Positions 25,507 to 38,265 of a DNA stretch of 64,000 nt are shown here, one piece after another. The notes below the pieces were generated by a model. The model searched no databases and had not been told where the DNA came from. It saw only the letters and a list, made by a program, of their open reading frames with translations. The stretch lies in contig OX638151.1 in assembly GCA_951804945.1 (NCBI GenBank), positions 79,484,001 through 79,548,000 on the forward strand. Reading direction: 5' to 3'. The stretch's first letter is position 1; the number at the start of each line of letters is the position of its first letter. A program made the translations under genes and the position numbers. The DNA is from Podarcis cretensis. Its lineage: Eukaryota.

Positions 25507-26275
25507 CCTCATGACAGAGGGTCCTGGTTGCGCGCAGGACCCAAGAGCTCACCTGAAAGGGTTAAAATGGGGGGGGGAGGAGCAAGAAGTCCTGGCCATT
25601 CCCCTGGGATCAGACCAGGTGATTTTAGCCAATAGCCAGTGGGTGGCGTGATCCCAGGGGCTTTAAAAACAGCAGTGTGATGCAAGGAGGGGCACTTGCT
25701 TCGCACTGTTGAACACCCGCCCACCCTCCCTAGTTTAGTTAGAGTCGCTTGGCCTTGCTTTGGTTTGGGTCACCTGTTTTGGAGCAGGGGCTGGGTAGGA
25801 ACTTTTCCATTTGGCAGATTGGCTTTAGCCATTTGGTTTTCGCCTACCCCTTAGCAAATCGTCACAACTTGTAAGGTGGCGGTTAGGCATTGGCTCAGTT
25901 GGATTGTGGGGAGGGGAGGTGCGGCCATCACCTGCCCCTCCAGGAACTGGGTATTCTGTTAAAGGAATCTGTGGGTCCTGGATCTCGTCCGAAGTCCGCT
26001 TGAGGGGCTAGGGCCATGCCAGGACCACAGGAACCCTGGGGTGAGCTTAGGTTGGTCCTCAACGACCTAGCTCCCTCGTTTGGTTTACCCCATTTGACGA
26101 TCACCCTGAGAGGTGGAGCCAGTTATAGTGGGGAGTCAATGCCTAAGCCAATACCGCTCACATGATTGTATTTCAATAAAGTTGTGGCCAGAAATTTTGC
26201 CCCCAAACTTAAACTAATATAAGTGTCCGTGTGTATTTATTTTGGAGGTGGGTCATGGGACCTCGAGACGCGAGA
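25507..26275 (+). mobile_element. GC-rich LTR-like terminal repeat, possibly from a tyrosine-recombinase (DIRS/Ngaro-type) retroelement
   Basis: Sharp GC/CpG shift from the flanks; CCAAT 25629, TTTAAAAA 25662, AATAAA 26175; no clear TG...CA ends; many internal stems. Confidence 0.55.
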
Positions 26276-28827
26276 AGTGGGATGCAAATCAAGACAACAA
26301 AAGGAGGACACATTATGGAACAAGTGCTTGCTCCTCTGCTGTATAGATTGTGTCATCTGCTCTGATTCTGGGATATGTATATATAGTCCTAGCTGTGGCT
26401 CAGATCAGCAGGCCAGTACTGGCACCTTCCCATCTCAGTGTGCCTCTGCTGTGATGAGGAAACAGGTATCCATGAAACACTAGGAAACCTGTGGTGAAAT
26501 TCCACTAGGGAATTGTGATTCTGGGCAGCAGTGGATGGTGTGCTGGGGCAGCAGTGCTTCCCTGACTTCTGGGCAGTCGCATTGCTGCTTCTTACTGGGC
26601 AATAGAGATGAAGGGGTGATGTGGTGGTGAGGTCAATGCAGCATAAATGCGTTGGCAGGGCCAACTTCTCTCCCCCAGTAAGCAGCAGTGATGTGACCAA
26701 CCAGAAGTCAGCCTTGCCCCACTATACTGTCTGCTACTGCATTTATGCACTACTTGCTTGAAGACATAAATATCCTCTTCATACTTTAGATATACTGGGA
26801 GAAAAACCCACTACAAATGGAAACTAGACTGTTACATAAAGTATAAAGTTGGTCCATTAAAAGCTGTCACCAGAGTACCTTGAAGGCACAGAATTCAGGA
26901 CAGATTGCAGATGACTACTTGGAGCAGAAGAAAGCACATGACTCTCACAAACTATCTAGGTGTAGCTTGAGGACAGTGATAAAAACTTTATGAAATCTAA
27001 TGAAGTGCAAATACCTCTGCATTAATTAGTCTGCATTACAGACTGTTTAGAATCCGAGGTTGGCAGCTAGAATAACTAATGTGCCCTTGTGATTACCTCA
27101 GGAAGAAAGGGAAGCAGTGAATCAGGGTGCATAGGTTAAAACTGTGAATGAGACAAAACAAAACACATGTCTAATTTGTTGAACATACGGTGTCCTTATG
27201 AGATGCTGTGGTTTGTTTGGTAGCAGCAGAAGAAGGGAATAGGAAATTCTTATGTCAGCAGATTTGAATTTAATTGACATGAAATCTATATCAGAAATAG
27301 AGCATGTTATAGCTGACTTAGTTATCAGTGTTGATGAGAAAGTGAATAACAGTTATTAAGGGTGGGGGGAGTGGAGAAAAATAAACCAAACAGCTTTAAC
27401 TGGATAATGGGACGATGTGCCACGGTGCTAACCAAGATAATTAATTTTTTGTTTTTATTTTTTTAAGGTAGATAAAGGAAGCATGTATGGTGATATATTC
27501 CTGGTATTGTTTATTAGCCAAAGACAGTTTAAAGAAAATGATCATGACTTGTTTCACTGCTGCTAGTTGTAAGAATGACCATGTTTTCGATTGACCCAGC
27601 AGTGACTTGCTTTGCCATATATTTTCATATATTTCATTTTCATACAAACATGAGAGTCGTTGCCTTAGGAACAGAAAAGCCATTAAAATGAATTAAAATT
27701 GTGTCATTGAGAATCCAGGAAGAAAATGCACTGCAGTGTTCAGAGCTGAATGCAAATGCACCTTGACAATGTAAGGGATGTCATATTCATAACACTCTAT
27801 ATCTAGGGATTCATGAGTCAGCCACTGATGGGCTATGAGTTCTTGCAAAGATGCTTTTCAATAATGGGGCAAGGGGGTTGGGGGGGGGGAAGAGAGAGAA
27901 AATGCTTCAGTGGTAGTCCAATTGGTAGTAGTATTGCCCAGTGACTTGGATCGTGTGGATTTCGTAACAGTGGCAATAATGATGGAATCCAAGACAGAAG
28001 AAAAAGAAGAACTAATTGTGAGTTGTCAGGAAGGAAAAGAAGGAAGAGAGTGAAAATAGAGGGTTTGGTGCCACCAAAGACATTAAGCCTACAAGCTCAT
28101 GACATAGCCCAGCCATTGAAGACCTGGAAAGAAGAGTTAAATCTCTAGGTGAACATTGCAATGGCAGATGTGGGATGCAAACATGAAATTGTTTTTATAC
28201 TTGTTGGGAGAAAGAGGCAAACATATAAGGGATACATTTTCCAGAAGCTAAAAGAGGTGACTGCAGTCTTGAAGAACCACAAGCCAGAAGGGTCACTCTC
28301 TGAGATGCATTATCAATTCGGAAGAGAATTGAAGAATTATGTAGGGGAAAAGCATAAACCAAAAACCTTGCGATACATCTTTGCCAGTGTTTTCTAATAA
28401 CTGCCTTCCTGGTAAAGTTAAAAGATGGGATGATTTATTAGAGAAGTTTCTGGCTAGAAAAAAAATCCTTGAATTATTTCAACATGCATTGCAGAACTGG
28501 ATCTTTCTTTCCCAACTATTTATTTATTATCCCAGTGGATGCTGAAGGAAGGGAAATATCAGTGGAGGACAGTGGAATGAGCATATTTAAAACACTGACA
28601 GTATCAATATTCTGGTTTTCAACCAGGATAAATTATCAAGTTTGTAAGTGCAATGGAACAAACAAAGGAGTTATTTAAGTCCAGCATAAATTGTTTATGT
28701 GAACATTTAATGAAGAAATAATTTGGGACCCTTTAAAAACTGAAGGATGAGCTTTTTTCAAAACTGCAGAAGCATATTTTAGACAAATCGGATAACAAAT
28801 GACAAAACTTTTAGTTTTCTTTCAACT

Positions 28828-28907
28828 GCCTATGCCCATACCACCCTGAACACACCTGACCTTGTCTGATCCTGGAAGCTAAGCAGGGACAGGCCTGCTT
28901 AGAACTT
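28828..28907 (+). pseudogene. 5S rRNA pseudogene, 3'-truncated (about nt 1-80)
   Basis: gcctatgcccataccaccctgaacacacctgaccttgtctgatcctggaagctaagcagggacaggcctgcttagaactt is colinear with vertebrate 5S rRNA. Many differences are CpG transitions; box C is missing. Confidence 0.9.
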
Positions 28908-31479
28908 TTTTTCACAACTAAGGCCTTATGGGTTGTATCCAGCATTGCTCAAGTAGACTTATGCTTGTGCAATGGAACTGTCCCTTCTTCCCCTCCCCCT
29001 TCATACCCAAAGACCAACTCTGAAGCATATTTGCAGGGTGCAAGGGAGGGGAGAAGAGGAAATTGCATACTTGTCAACTATCCCACTTTGAGGTGGGACA
29101 TCCCAGAATTGGAGAAGCCACCCTGGCCTCTGATTGGATTCCAGAATGTCCCATTCTGGTTTTTACAGGGTATTTGAAGCAACTGATGGTTGCTGCTTTG
29201 TGTATGGCTGAGGGAAGGGCATTCCACTCTCCAGGAGTAATAGTGGAAAAGGCCCATTTTCAATTCACCACCTTATAGTATTCTGTAGGGTGCAGTTCCA
29301 GGAATCAAATTTCCCCAGATGATCTAAGTGATCATAGGGATCTGTGCAGGGGGGAGAAAGTCTTCTAGGTAGCTTAAATAAAACAATAAATTTTCTGTCA
29401 CATGCTACACAGAGTAGAATCAAACTCTACTCAGGTGTAAACCCAATAGTATGGCAGAAATATTAGTCCGGAGGCTAGCCTGGATATTTGTTGAGATGCT
29501 GGCCATGTAAGAAATATTTCATGAGGAGCCAAAGCCGCTACCAAGGTCCCAGCTGGGTGTCACAGTTGTGGCTGAAGGAACTGGGAAGCTGAAAAGTGAA
29601 CAGTGATGAGCTTGCTTTATACCATAGACTGTGTGCATAAATGTTTGCAAGACTGGGCCCTGTAGCCGCAACTCCCTATCCCCACACTGGGAAAGCAAAT
29701 GGCATGCTTTTAAAGTCATTCTGAAGGGCTTTTAAGCTAAAAGGGTAATACTTATGGCACAAGCCTGAGGGAGAAGTCACAACATGTAAGCCTTTATTTA
29801 CTTAGGCATCTCTCCCGCCCCACCAGGCACTAACAATCTCTTGGCATATGGCCAGTTTTGTGTTTAGAAGCAGAGAATGGTATTGCATAAGGTAAATCAG
29901 CTCCAAAAAGTCCTCTACAAATCCGCTCCTTTGTCTAAATTGTTATAACCATATTCACTGGCACAAAACATAGCTGCAGAAGCCTTGTAAATAAGCCGCC
30001 AAAGTTACAAGGACATACCTTTTAGCATGCACAAATTGCAAGTTTCTCCTTTGATGAATACGCCAGTTTGGGTAATTTTACAGATGGCTTATTTACTTTT
30101 TGGCTGGTTAGTGTTGGACTATATATAAAACAAAAAGGACGGACCTATGACACCCTCGATTTTGAAAACTAAAGAGGCATGGCATACATTGTCTTGTGAG
30201 CTACAATCTTGTGATCCCTGTGCACACACTAAATTAACTAACTCTACAGGGTAACCCAGAATTAAGATAGAGACACAACTTTTTTGTGGAAGAAATGGGT
30301 TGATTGTGGCATGCATATCTATATATCTGTATCTATATCTATCTATATGAAAAGCTGATAGGTTCAGGTGGGGAATTTTTATCATTTCCTCTTTATCCAG
30401 TTTAAATATCAGTTACCAGCAAGTGCTGCATGGCAATATCTTCAAGTACAACATTTGCCCGTGTCTATTTAGGGACCATCTGCTTTGACTACTCCAGTAT
30501 CTCCTAAACTGGGAGAGAGGCAAATTGACAAAAACATCACTCTCCCTGTTCCATGTGCAGAAGTATCTGCAGGATCAAATAACTTCCTTCAAGAAAGGGG
30601 GACCCACGATACAGAGCCCAATGTTCAGTTCACAGAGTTATGGCTCCCTCAGTTTTTCTATGGCTTTTCCTTTGCACATTGATAAAGCAGTGCAAAACAG
30701 GACTTGTTTCACACTTGGAACGAAGGCATGGCATTGTGGACTGAGATACAGTCACAACTTTATTATTTCCCAGCCTAGGGACATAGAAATCTACTTTTTA
30801 CCAAGTCAGACTATTTCCCACTGTTTGGTAAACAATTTAGGAATTATATAAAAGATCAGAACATGGTTATCCTCGCATAATCGATAATATCAAAGCCATG
30901 TGCACCAAAAAACATAACTGCCTTGGTTTGTTCCATGGTCATACTCTGAGTAGAGTTGCTTGTGTGTTTTGTCCTAGCTTTTTCAGTTTCTATTTAGATG
31001 AACAGGAAAATTCACTGCAGTAATTTAACATTTTTATTCCAAATGCAACTTTCAGGATAATAATCAATCATCTTTGGAGGTTGTAGCCTCTGGTATTTAA
31101 CCATGTATTCACGGGCGTGTTGTGATTGGGTTGTAATATTGACATCACTGAGCAGGATGGGATTCCAATAATTGCTGGAGTATTAGATGGTACTCTAACA
31201 AAATAATAAATAATCCTTTTCCAAATTACTTGTATACTGTGCAAGCATTGAAGGCGCGTCTTGAATTGTTACAAATCAAACATGATTTTGTGTTTCCTGG
31301 CAGATACTAATGCACACTAAATCAATTTAATTACTTTTCTTCAGACCAGCCACGCTGCCAGCTGAACAATATCTTCAAAGCATATAAAAATATTTTTTTC
31401 TTTTTTTATGCCTTTACCAGCAGTTCAGCATTATGATTAACAGTAGGCATTGGGCCACACCCTTCACTAAGTTATATTT

Positions 31480-31625
31480 GTGTCATTTTTATCTCACCTT
31501 TTCTCTGTGGAACTCACAGCTGTATCTGTGAGGTTCCCAGGCAGACTCTCATCCAGGTCCTGAACAAACAGAGACTTGCTTACTTTTTGAAACATGGCTT
31601 TGTCATGTGCCTTCGAACTATTTCC
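31480..31625 (-). mobile_element. 5S rRNA-derived SINE, degenerate
   Basis: Minus strand gaaggcacatg...aagtaagcaagtc...cctggatgagagtctgcctgggaacc; same layout as 24980-25170. Confidence 0.55.
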
Positions 31626-31799
31626 AATGAAAACCAGTTTTAAAATTTGATTTTGCCTTAGAAAACCTAAAGTGGACTGCTGCTGGCATTCATGTGGTAG
31701 TATTTTCTGCTGAAAGTTGCATTTTGAGACCTGAACTGCCTACCCTATCCACTAATTTCTATGTTGTTTTTCTTAAAAGTTGTTCCCTTCAGATTTTCA

Positions 31800-32102
31800 G
31801 GCTCTTGTAGTGTCTGTTGGTGCCCATTGGGACTGGTAGGGCAGAAAGCAGGGAGCTCAACAGTAGGTGGCGCCAAAGCCAATGACAGGAAGAGCCAGCT
31901 AATGCTAGTTTGGCCTGCGCCCTATTTTCTGCTGGGTTCTACAAAGGCAGCACTCAGACTAAGGAGCTGACAGCCAAGGTCGTTGCTGCTGCCACCCGCT
32001 GGACTGGATTTAAGTAAGAAGGCAGAGAGGTGGGGGTTGTTTAGGAGTTACTGAAGTTGGTGGGACGGTGCCCCATTTTCCTGAATGGACCAGCCACTGC
32101 TA
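31800..32102. mobile_element. Unclassified interspersed repeat, probably a non-autonomous DNA transposon
   Basis: Right half (agtaagaaggcag...gtggggg...gttggtggg...gtgcc.catt) recurs at ~24095-24212. Confidence 0.5.
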
Positions 32103-33163
32103 GTGGTTCCCTCCTGCTAAGGATATTTGCTTCTATTCTGCACTCTTTCCCACTTGCAAAGGTTCCATTGCAGAGAAGAAGGGCATGTTACAAGTAACAT
32201 GCCAGAATATGGGCTGGACAAGAAGAAAACCAGTATTTGTCTGGGAACATACATACCTGAGTTTGGGTGTTTCTCTGTATGCCACAGCAGAATTCTATTA
32301 GTGGTCACTATTATCAAAAGATGAAACCTATTTAAATATGGGTTTCAAATTGCAGGTGCCACAAAGGGAATAGAGAAGGTACCCGTTTGCCATCTTAGGG
32401 GCCTGATTGTGACATTGTGCAGAATGGTTTTCCTGATGGGATGGTATCTGCAAGCCACCCTCTCCTGCATAATAAACTGTTCATGTAATGAGGAATATCC
32501 TTTGTTCAGATACCCAGCAAAATCCTTACTGTTTTACAATAAATACAAAGGCTCAGTACTGTATCGTCTTAGTTACAGAACATTAATAAAGCTGTGAGAG
32601 TCCAGGACTATGAAACTTCTTGATATATAATGCCATCAAGCTTGAACAAGGGAAATGCCTTGAAGGAACACTATACAGCAGCACCACTGTCTACCATTGA
32701 TTTTGTCAGCTATGTTTACTTCAAAAGGGTGCCAGATTTCTATGCAATAACCCATTGCCACATAAGACAGGGCTCTCTGTTCTACAAGCAGTCACAGCTT
32801 TTCACCCAGAATTTTAAATACCTGACATTCTGAAGTGAAACAAGAAAATAACTTTGTGTGGCCTTGCAGTACAGGCGACTTCATTTTAGACGCAATTGAT
32901 ATGAGCAGGAAAGTGACCCGAAAACGTCATAAAGATGTCACTGAAATGCTGCTAAAAGGGCAGGGTGAGGGCAGGGCAGAATGGGGTATTTGCAGGCTTT
33001 TTCGATGGGTTTCCAATTTCACACTATTTCACGCAATGACCCAGAACCCAACCCCTGCAGATATGGGGAGTTGCCTCTATTTGGCAAATGGCATTTGAGA
33101 AATATCAAATGAAACTTTTATGCTGAAGCGTATTAATTTTATAACAATGGCTATATACCAGCT

Positions 33164-33476
33164 TGAGAGTCCCATGGACTGCAAGAAGATCAGCCCTGAG
33201 TGCTCACTGGAAGGACAGATCCTGAAGCTGAGGCTCCAATACTTTGGCCAACTCATGAGAAGAGAAGACTCCCTGGAAAAGACCCTGATGCTGGGAAAGA
33301 TGGAGGGCACAAGGAGACGGGGACGACAGAGGACGAGATGGTTGGACAGTGTTCTCGAAGCTACAAACATGAGCCTGACCAAACTGCGGGAGGCAGTGGA
33401 AGACAGGAGTGCCTGGCGTGCTCTGGTCCATGGGGTCACGAAGAGTCGGACATGACTAAATGACTAAACAACAACA
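33164..33476 (+). mobile_element. BovB LINE, 5'-truncated, with a 25-bp internal deletion
   Basis: Encodes ISPECSLEGQILKLRLQYFGQLMRREDSLEK...; 11-bp TSD ATATACCAGCT at 33153-33163 and 33477-33487. Confidence 0.95.
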
Positions 33477-34670
33477 ATATACCAGCTACTCTTTGTTCTG
33501 TGCGTCATGAAGTACAGCTCTTCATCTGGACATTAGAGTAACTGTACAAACCATGGATACTTATGCCCCAGCTTAATATACACATAGTAAAGCCTGGAAC
33601 AGGCTTAAACTCATTGACATTGTTGGCATACTATAGATAACAACCTATGCATTACGTTTACCTGCATGAATGACAACATGATGAGACAGCTGTCCTTCAT
33701 TCACACTTCTTGTGAACTGGTTAGGTATTTTCAGTACTTGGGAAATTCATTCAAGTTCATCCAAATGATTTGGAGGGCGGGGGAAGAATTGGCATTCAGA
33801 ATATTACAAGCTGCTAAGCTGAAGTATAAAATATACTTAAGAAGGCTAAGAAAACATCAACAACACACAGTCAGGGGAATGTGAACTGTTTAATGTATTT
33901 TCCCCCAAAACAACATGTTTATTACCTGTGCTCTACCTCCAGGTTCCAGGATGGGCTGCAGCAATTTAAAATTCAATATCCAAAACATTTGAAACAAATT
34001 ATAGCCACAGAAATTACGTGTGTCCTGAAAACATATCTCAGGTGTCAAAGGTCAGGGTAAAGAGGGGCATCTTCATCTTTAAGCTTAAAGGCCCAAAGAG
34101 TCTAAAGAGATTTTTTAAAAATAAAAAAACTTGCAAGAGAATGAACTTGCAAATGAATTGGAAATCATTCAGAGTTCTATCCCAAAATGAACTTAATTCA
34201 TATTCAATTCACCTGGTAATTATAGGAACTATAATTGGAACCCCTAGTTTGGGGGTTGAAAGGGAGCAGACGACTTATTCCAAAATAAGTCTGAGGGCTG
34301 CTGTGAACTACCACTACCATCTTTGTTGGAGAGCCAGCCCAGGGTGCTCTCGCTCCTTGCTTCAGGGGCCAGTAGAACCCACCCATCCAGGAATGGTGTG
34401 GACTGGTGGGGGCAACTCCATCAGCCCCACGGAGCTGATTCAGCTCACTCTGCAGACCTTTCCTCCATCTGCCCTGTAGCAGCTGCACCATCAAGGCAGA
34501 TGAAGATGTACCTCAACACACTTGCCCAGGTTGGAGGGGAGGGGTGTGGTGAGGCCACTTCCGTCACTACCACTGAGCATGCTCAGAATGCTCCCCTGTC
34601 TGTAGACTCACCCTCCCTCTCTCAGTCTAGCAGCTGTACCATTAAGGCAGCAGCTAAGGAAGCAGGATGT

Positions 34671-34700
34671 GCAGTGCAGTGCAGTGCAGTGCAGTGCAGT
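34671..34700 (+). repeat. (GCAGT)6 microsatellite
   Basis: Direct reading. Confidence 0.95.
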
Positions 34701-36175
34701 GGAGAAGGGTAATTTTGCAATCTTGCCTAACCTGCCACCCAGGGCATGTGCCCATCTCCCAATCCTGGGCCTGATTTTGGTTTAGAACATCCAAACCAAG
34801 GAGACATGGCTGAAGTGATTTTTGTTTTGTTTTGTTTTTTTGGTCCCCGGTAGTCTGAATGGGCATTTTGCATTGAAATTGCAGGTAATGTCGAACTGCT
34901 ATTAATCACCCACTGCTGTCAGCCAAGATGATTAGCACTTTTGATCTCTATTGCTTTCCTGAGTGCAATTACCACCTAATTACCTCTCTGTCACTTAATC
35001 AAGGGCACTTTTTCTTAAAAAAAAAAAAATTATAAAGCTGATTGTGCTGAAAGTTGGCTTTTTCTATAAACTCAGGAACAATATAAGGCATGGCTTGTAT
35101 TAACGCACAGAGAAAGATGTATACAGACACAGAGTTTCCAAATTTTAGAATGTTTGCAAAAATAAAATTGTAGTAAATGGAATGTTATTAAGAGCAGATC
35201 ATGCTTCTCAGTGTGGCCATAGGAGATACAGGAAAAAATGCATTATATTGTCTCCTTTACACTTTTTTAATCTACTTTTACAACACTAATAGAACACTCC
35301 ACACCTCGCTGCCTTAATAGGCCAAGAAACATGGCTACAGGAATCATATATTATACGCAGAGATTTTATAGTAAACGGTAATCCATCGAAAAAAATTGCC
35401 TTTAGCTAAACAGTTATTTCTGTGTTTTGTGGTTTAGGAATTAGCTTTTGATCTTCTTGTTTCACCTCATCTCTTTATCCAGGCTGCTTCAGTAGGAAAA
35501 GTGTGGGAGTTTTTTTTTTTTTTTAGCATCTTCCTTTTAAGAGAGGGGGAGAAGTGAAGAGGGCTGATTCATTCCTTTTATATTCAAGCATTTTAACAGT
35601 CATACATGCTAAAAATGGAGCAGCAGACACTTTTCTCATGTTTATTTATTTACACATGCTTGTAGCCCATCCTTTAACAAATGGTCTCAGAGTGGTTTCC
35701 AAACATATTGCAGCTAGGAAGAAGACGCAGCATCATTAAAACTGTTAACACTAAAATTGCAGAACCGGCGAGGACCCAAAATTAACATAGCAGCAGTAGA
35801 GATAGTAAGGTTGTTCAAGGAAGACCCAATCCTCCTCAAATGGGTCCGGCTCCTCCCCCCACCCAAAAAAGAACAGTCAAGCTCTTAGGGAAAGTATTCA
35901 TGTTTGCATATCAGGGTGCTTCCAGAGGGAATGCTCCTAGAGCTTCTAATTACTTCTTTTGCCCTGTAAGCTACAATGCAATTTCAATTGATCATCCATA
36001 CTTCCTGGGGTCTAGTGCCTTTTTAGTGTGCGCATCTCACTGTGTTCTCACCACACAGCATGTTAACAGCATTGTTCCCTTTCATTCCGTCCCCTCATGA
36101 TCATCACTTACCCCTTCTCCAGACATTTTGGAGGGGCTGCTTCTCAGGCATTTTAGCAGTGTGCAAGTGAGGGTC

Positions 36176-36176
<1 letters not shown>

Positions 36177-36221
<45 letters not shown>

Positions 36222-36630
36222 TATTAATTATTTATACCCCTCCCATCTGGCTGGGTTTCCCCAGCCACCCAACAGAATATATAAAAAAGTGACAAGACAT
36301 CAAATATTAAAAACTTCCCTAAACAGGGCTGCCTTCAGATGTCTTCTAAAAGTCAGATAGTTGTTTGTTTCCTTGACATCTGATGGGAGGGCATCCACAG
36401 GGTGGGCACCACTCTGCCTGTTTCCCTGTAACCTCACTTCTTGCAGTGAGGGAACCACCAGAAGGCCCTTGGAGCTGGACCTCAGTGTCTGGGCTGAATG
36501 ATGGGGTGGAGCTGCTCCTTCAGGTATACAGGGCCGAGGCTGTTTAGGGCTTTAAAGGTCAGCATCAACACTTTGAATTGTGCTTGGAAACTTATTGGGA
36601 GCCAATGAAGATCTTTCAAGGCTGGTGATC
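36177..36630 (-). mobile_element. L2-clade LINE 3' end, same family as 1678-2236
   Basis: Encodes LKDLHWLPISFQAQFKVLMLTFKALNSLGPVYLKE; (TTA)n tail reads as (TAA)n at 36177-36221. Confidence 0.88.
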
Positions 36631-38207
36631 TATGACTTGAGTTGGTGTGTAGGTGTCTGTGGAGATATACCTTTTGCAACCTATGACTTTGGTACCTGTG
36701 ACACCTTCTCCCCAGACAAGATGTTTAAGTTTGAACTCAGAGGGATAGACCTACAGGCACCACTGTAGCTCCTCAGAAGTGGGTTGTTGAAATTCCAGTG
36801 TGTCTTCTGCATGCAACAATCAATGGAAACAGGGATGGTTTGTATCATTTGGACTGCTGAGAACAAAATGGCGAGGTTGCGCTCAGCTGAGCAAAGGGTA
36901 GAGATATGGCAATGACCTATACATCACCACACTTGTAGCTAACCGCCTACCCAAAGTCATTCCATTAATGAGTTTCCCCATCAGTGGGGACCTCAGATGT
37001 ATAATGGGCTATTTTTACTTAATGGATTTTCTGTGACAAGATGAAAGCCAGATTAAAAAAAAGAAATAGGGGCTAGCATTGATGATGACAACATCTTGTA
37101 GAAGGTGCAAAAAAACTTAAATGCATGAGCATCACTGATTACACAATAAACCTTTATCAGGAAGCACCAATGTCTTTGTAAAGACAGTGCATTTGCATGG
37201 ATGGTAATGCTGCTGTTTTCAGTGGGAGCGACCCTAACAATACATGCAATCATTTAGAAACACCAACAAAGGCATGGTTGGCTCCCCTAATTAAAGAGCT
37301 AATTAAAGTGTGGGGTTAATTTTGGGATGCAATTAGCTGGACAAGGACTGGTGCTGAAGCAGCTTTAGATTAAAGGAAAGGAAACAAAATAGCTCTGTAA
37401 TGGGCAAGCAACAGAGAAGGAAGGGACATTCCCAATGCATCATCCACATTCCCCAGGGATAACTCCTCCCACTGTGCCCCATTTCCATATCCACACCTGC
37501 AAACAGTGTGTGCTGCTGCTCCACTCCTTGGCTCCTTAATGGAGTTTCTGCAAGTAACAAAATTATGGATGGAGTGATGGCAAATTATGGGAGGGTGGCC
37601 ATTGGTTGTGATATCATGTGGTCACTGTAAAATTTTGTAGTGGAGCCATGGCAACTGTACATTAAAAGTCTTGTCTAGAAGTACCTTCAGTCTGTCTAAT
37701 GTTGAAGGGCCAGTGCAAACACTGGTAACTTTAATGCCTGGTGACCTCCCCTTACATGCTGCACTGAGCAGAAAAGGACAAGGAGCACAAATCCTGACCA
37801 GTGGATTGTGCTCCAAGGTGCACACTTACTGGAGGCAGCACAACTACTGACAAGCTTTCTACATAATAAAGAGTGAATATAGAAAAACAAGAGGCCTGGC
37901 GGGATTTGTACCTAATTTCATTTGATGCCATTGCACAAAACTGGAAAATTTCCCTTGAGACATCTATTAGTGCAATTTCCAGATAGCAAATTGAGAACAT
38001 ATTGCTTGTATGGTATACCTACCAGAGAGCATATTTCTCTAGAGGAAAATATTAAAGCTCCAAAGTCCACTGTGGGCTGCCACCTACTGGGTATTCTAAA
38101 TGCTACTGCTTGTTATGGGCTATTCTTCAAATTAATGGCCATTAAAAGGTGGCAATAGCTGAAATCCTCTAGGAATAGACAAGAAAATAAGCTGTCGCAC
38201 ATAGGGT

Positions 38208-38211
<4 letters not shown>

Positions 38212-38261
<50 letters not shown>
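38212..38261 (+). repeat. (TC)n microsatellite
   Basis: Direct reading. Confidence 0.97.

Positions 38262-38265
<4 letters not shown>

Noticed and set aside
27900-28760. Purine-rich stretch resembling a decayed coding or viral sequence
   Set aside because: The plus-strand frames I translated by hand gave frequent stops and no recognisable motif; BLASTX would be needed.
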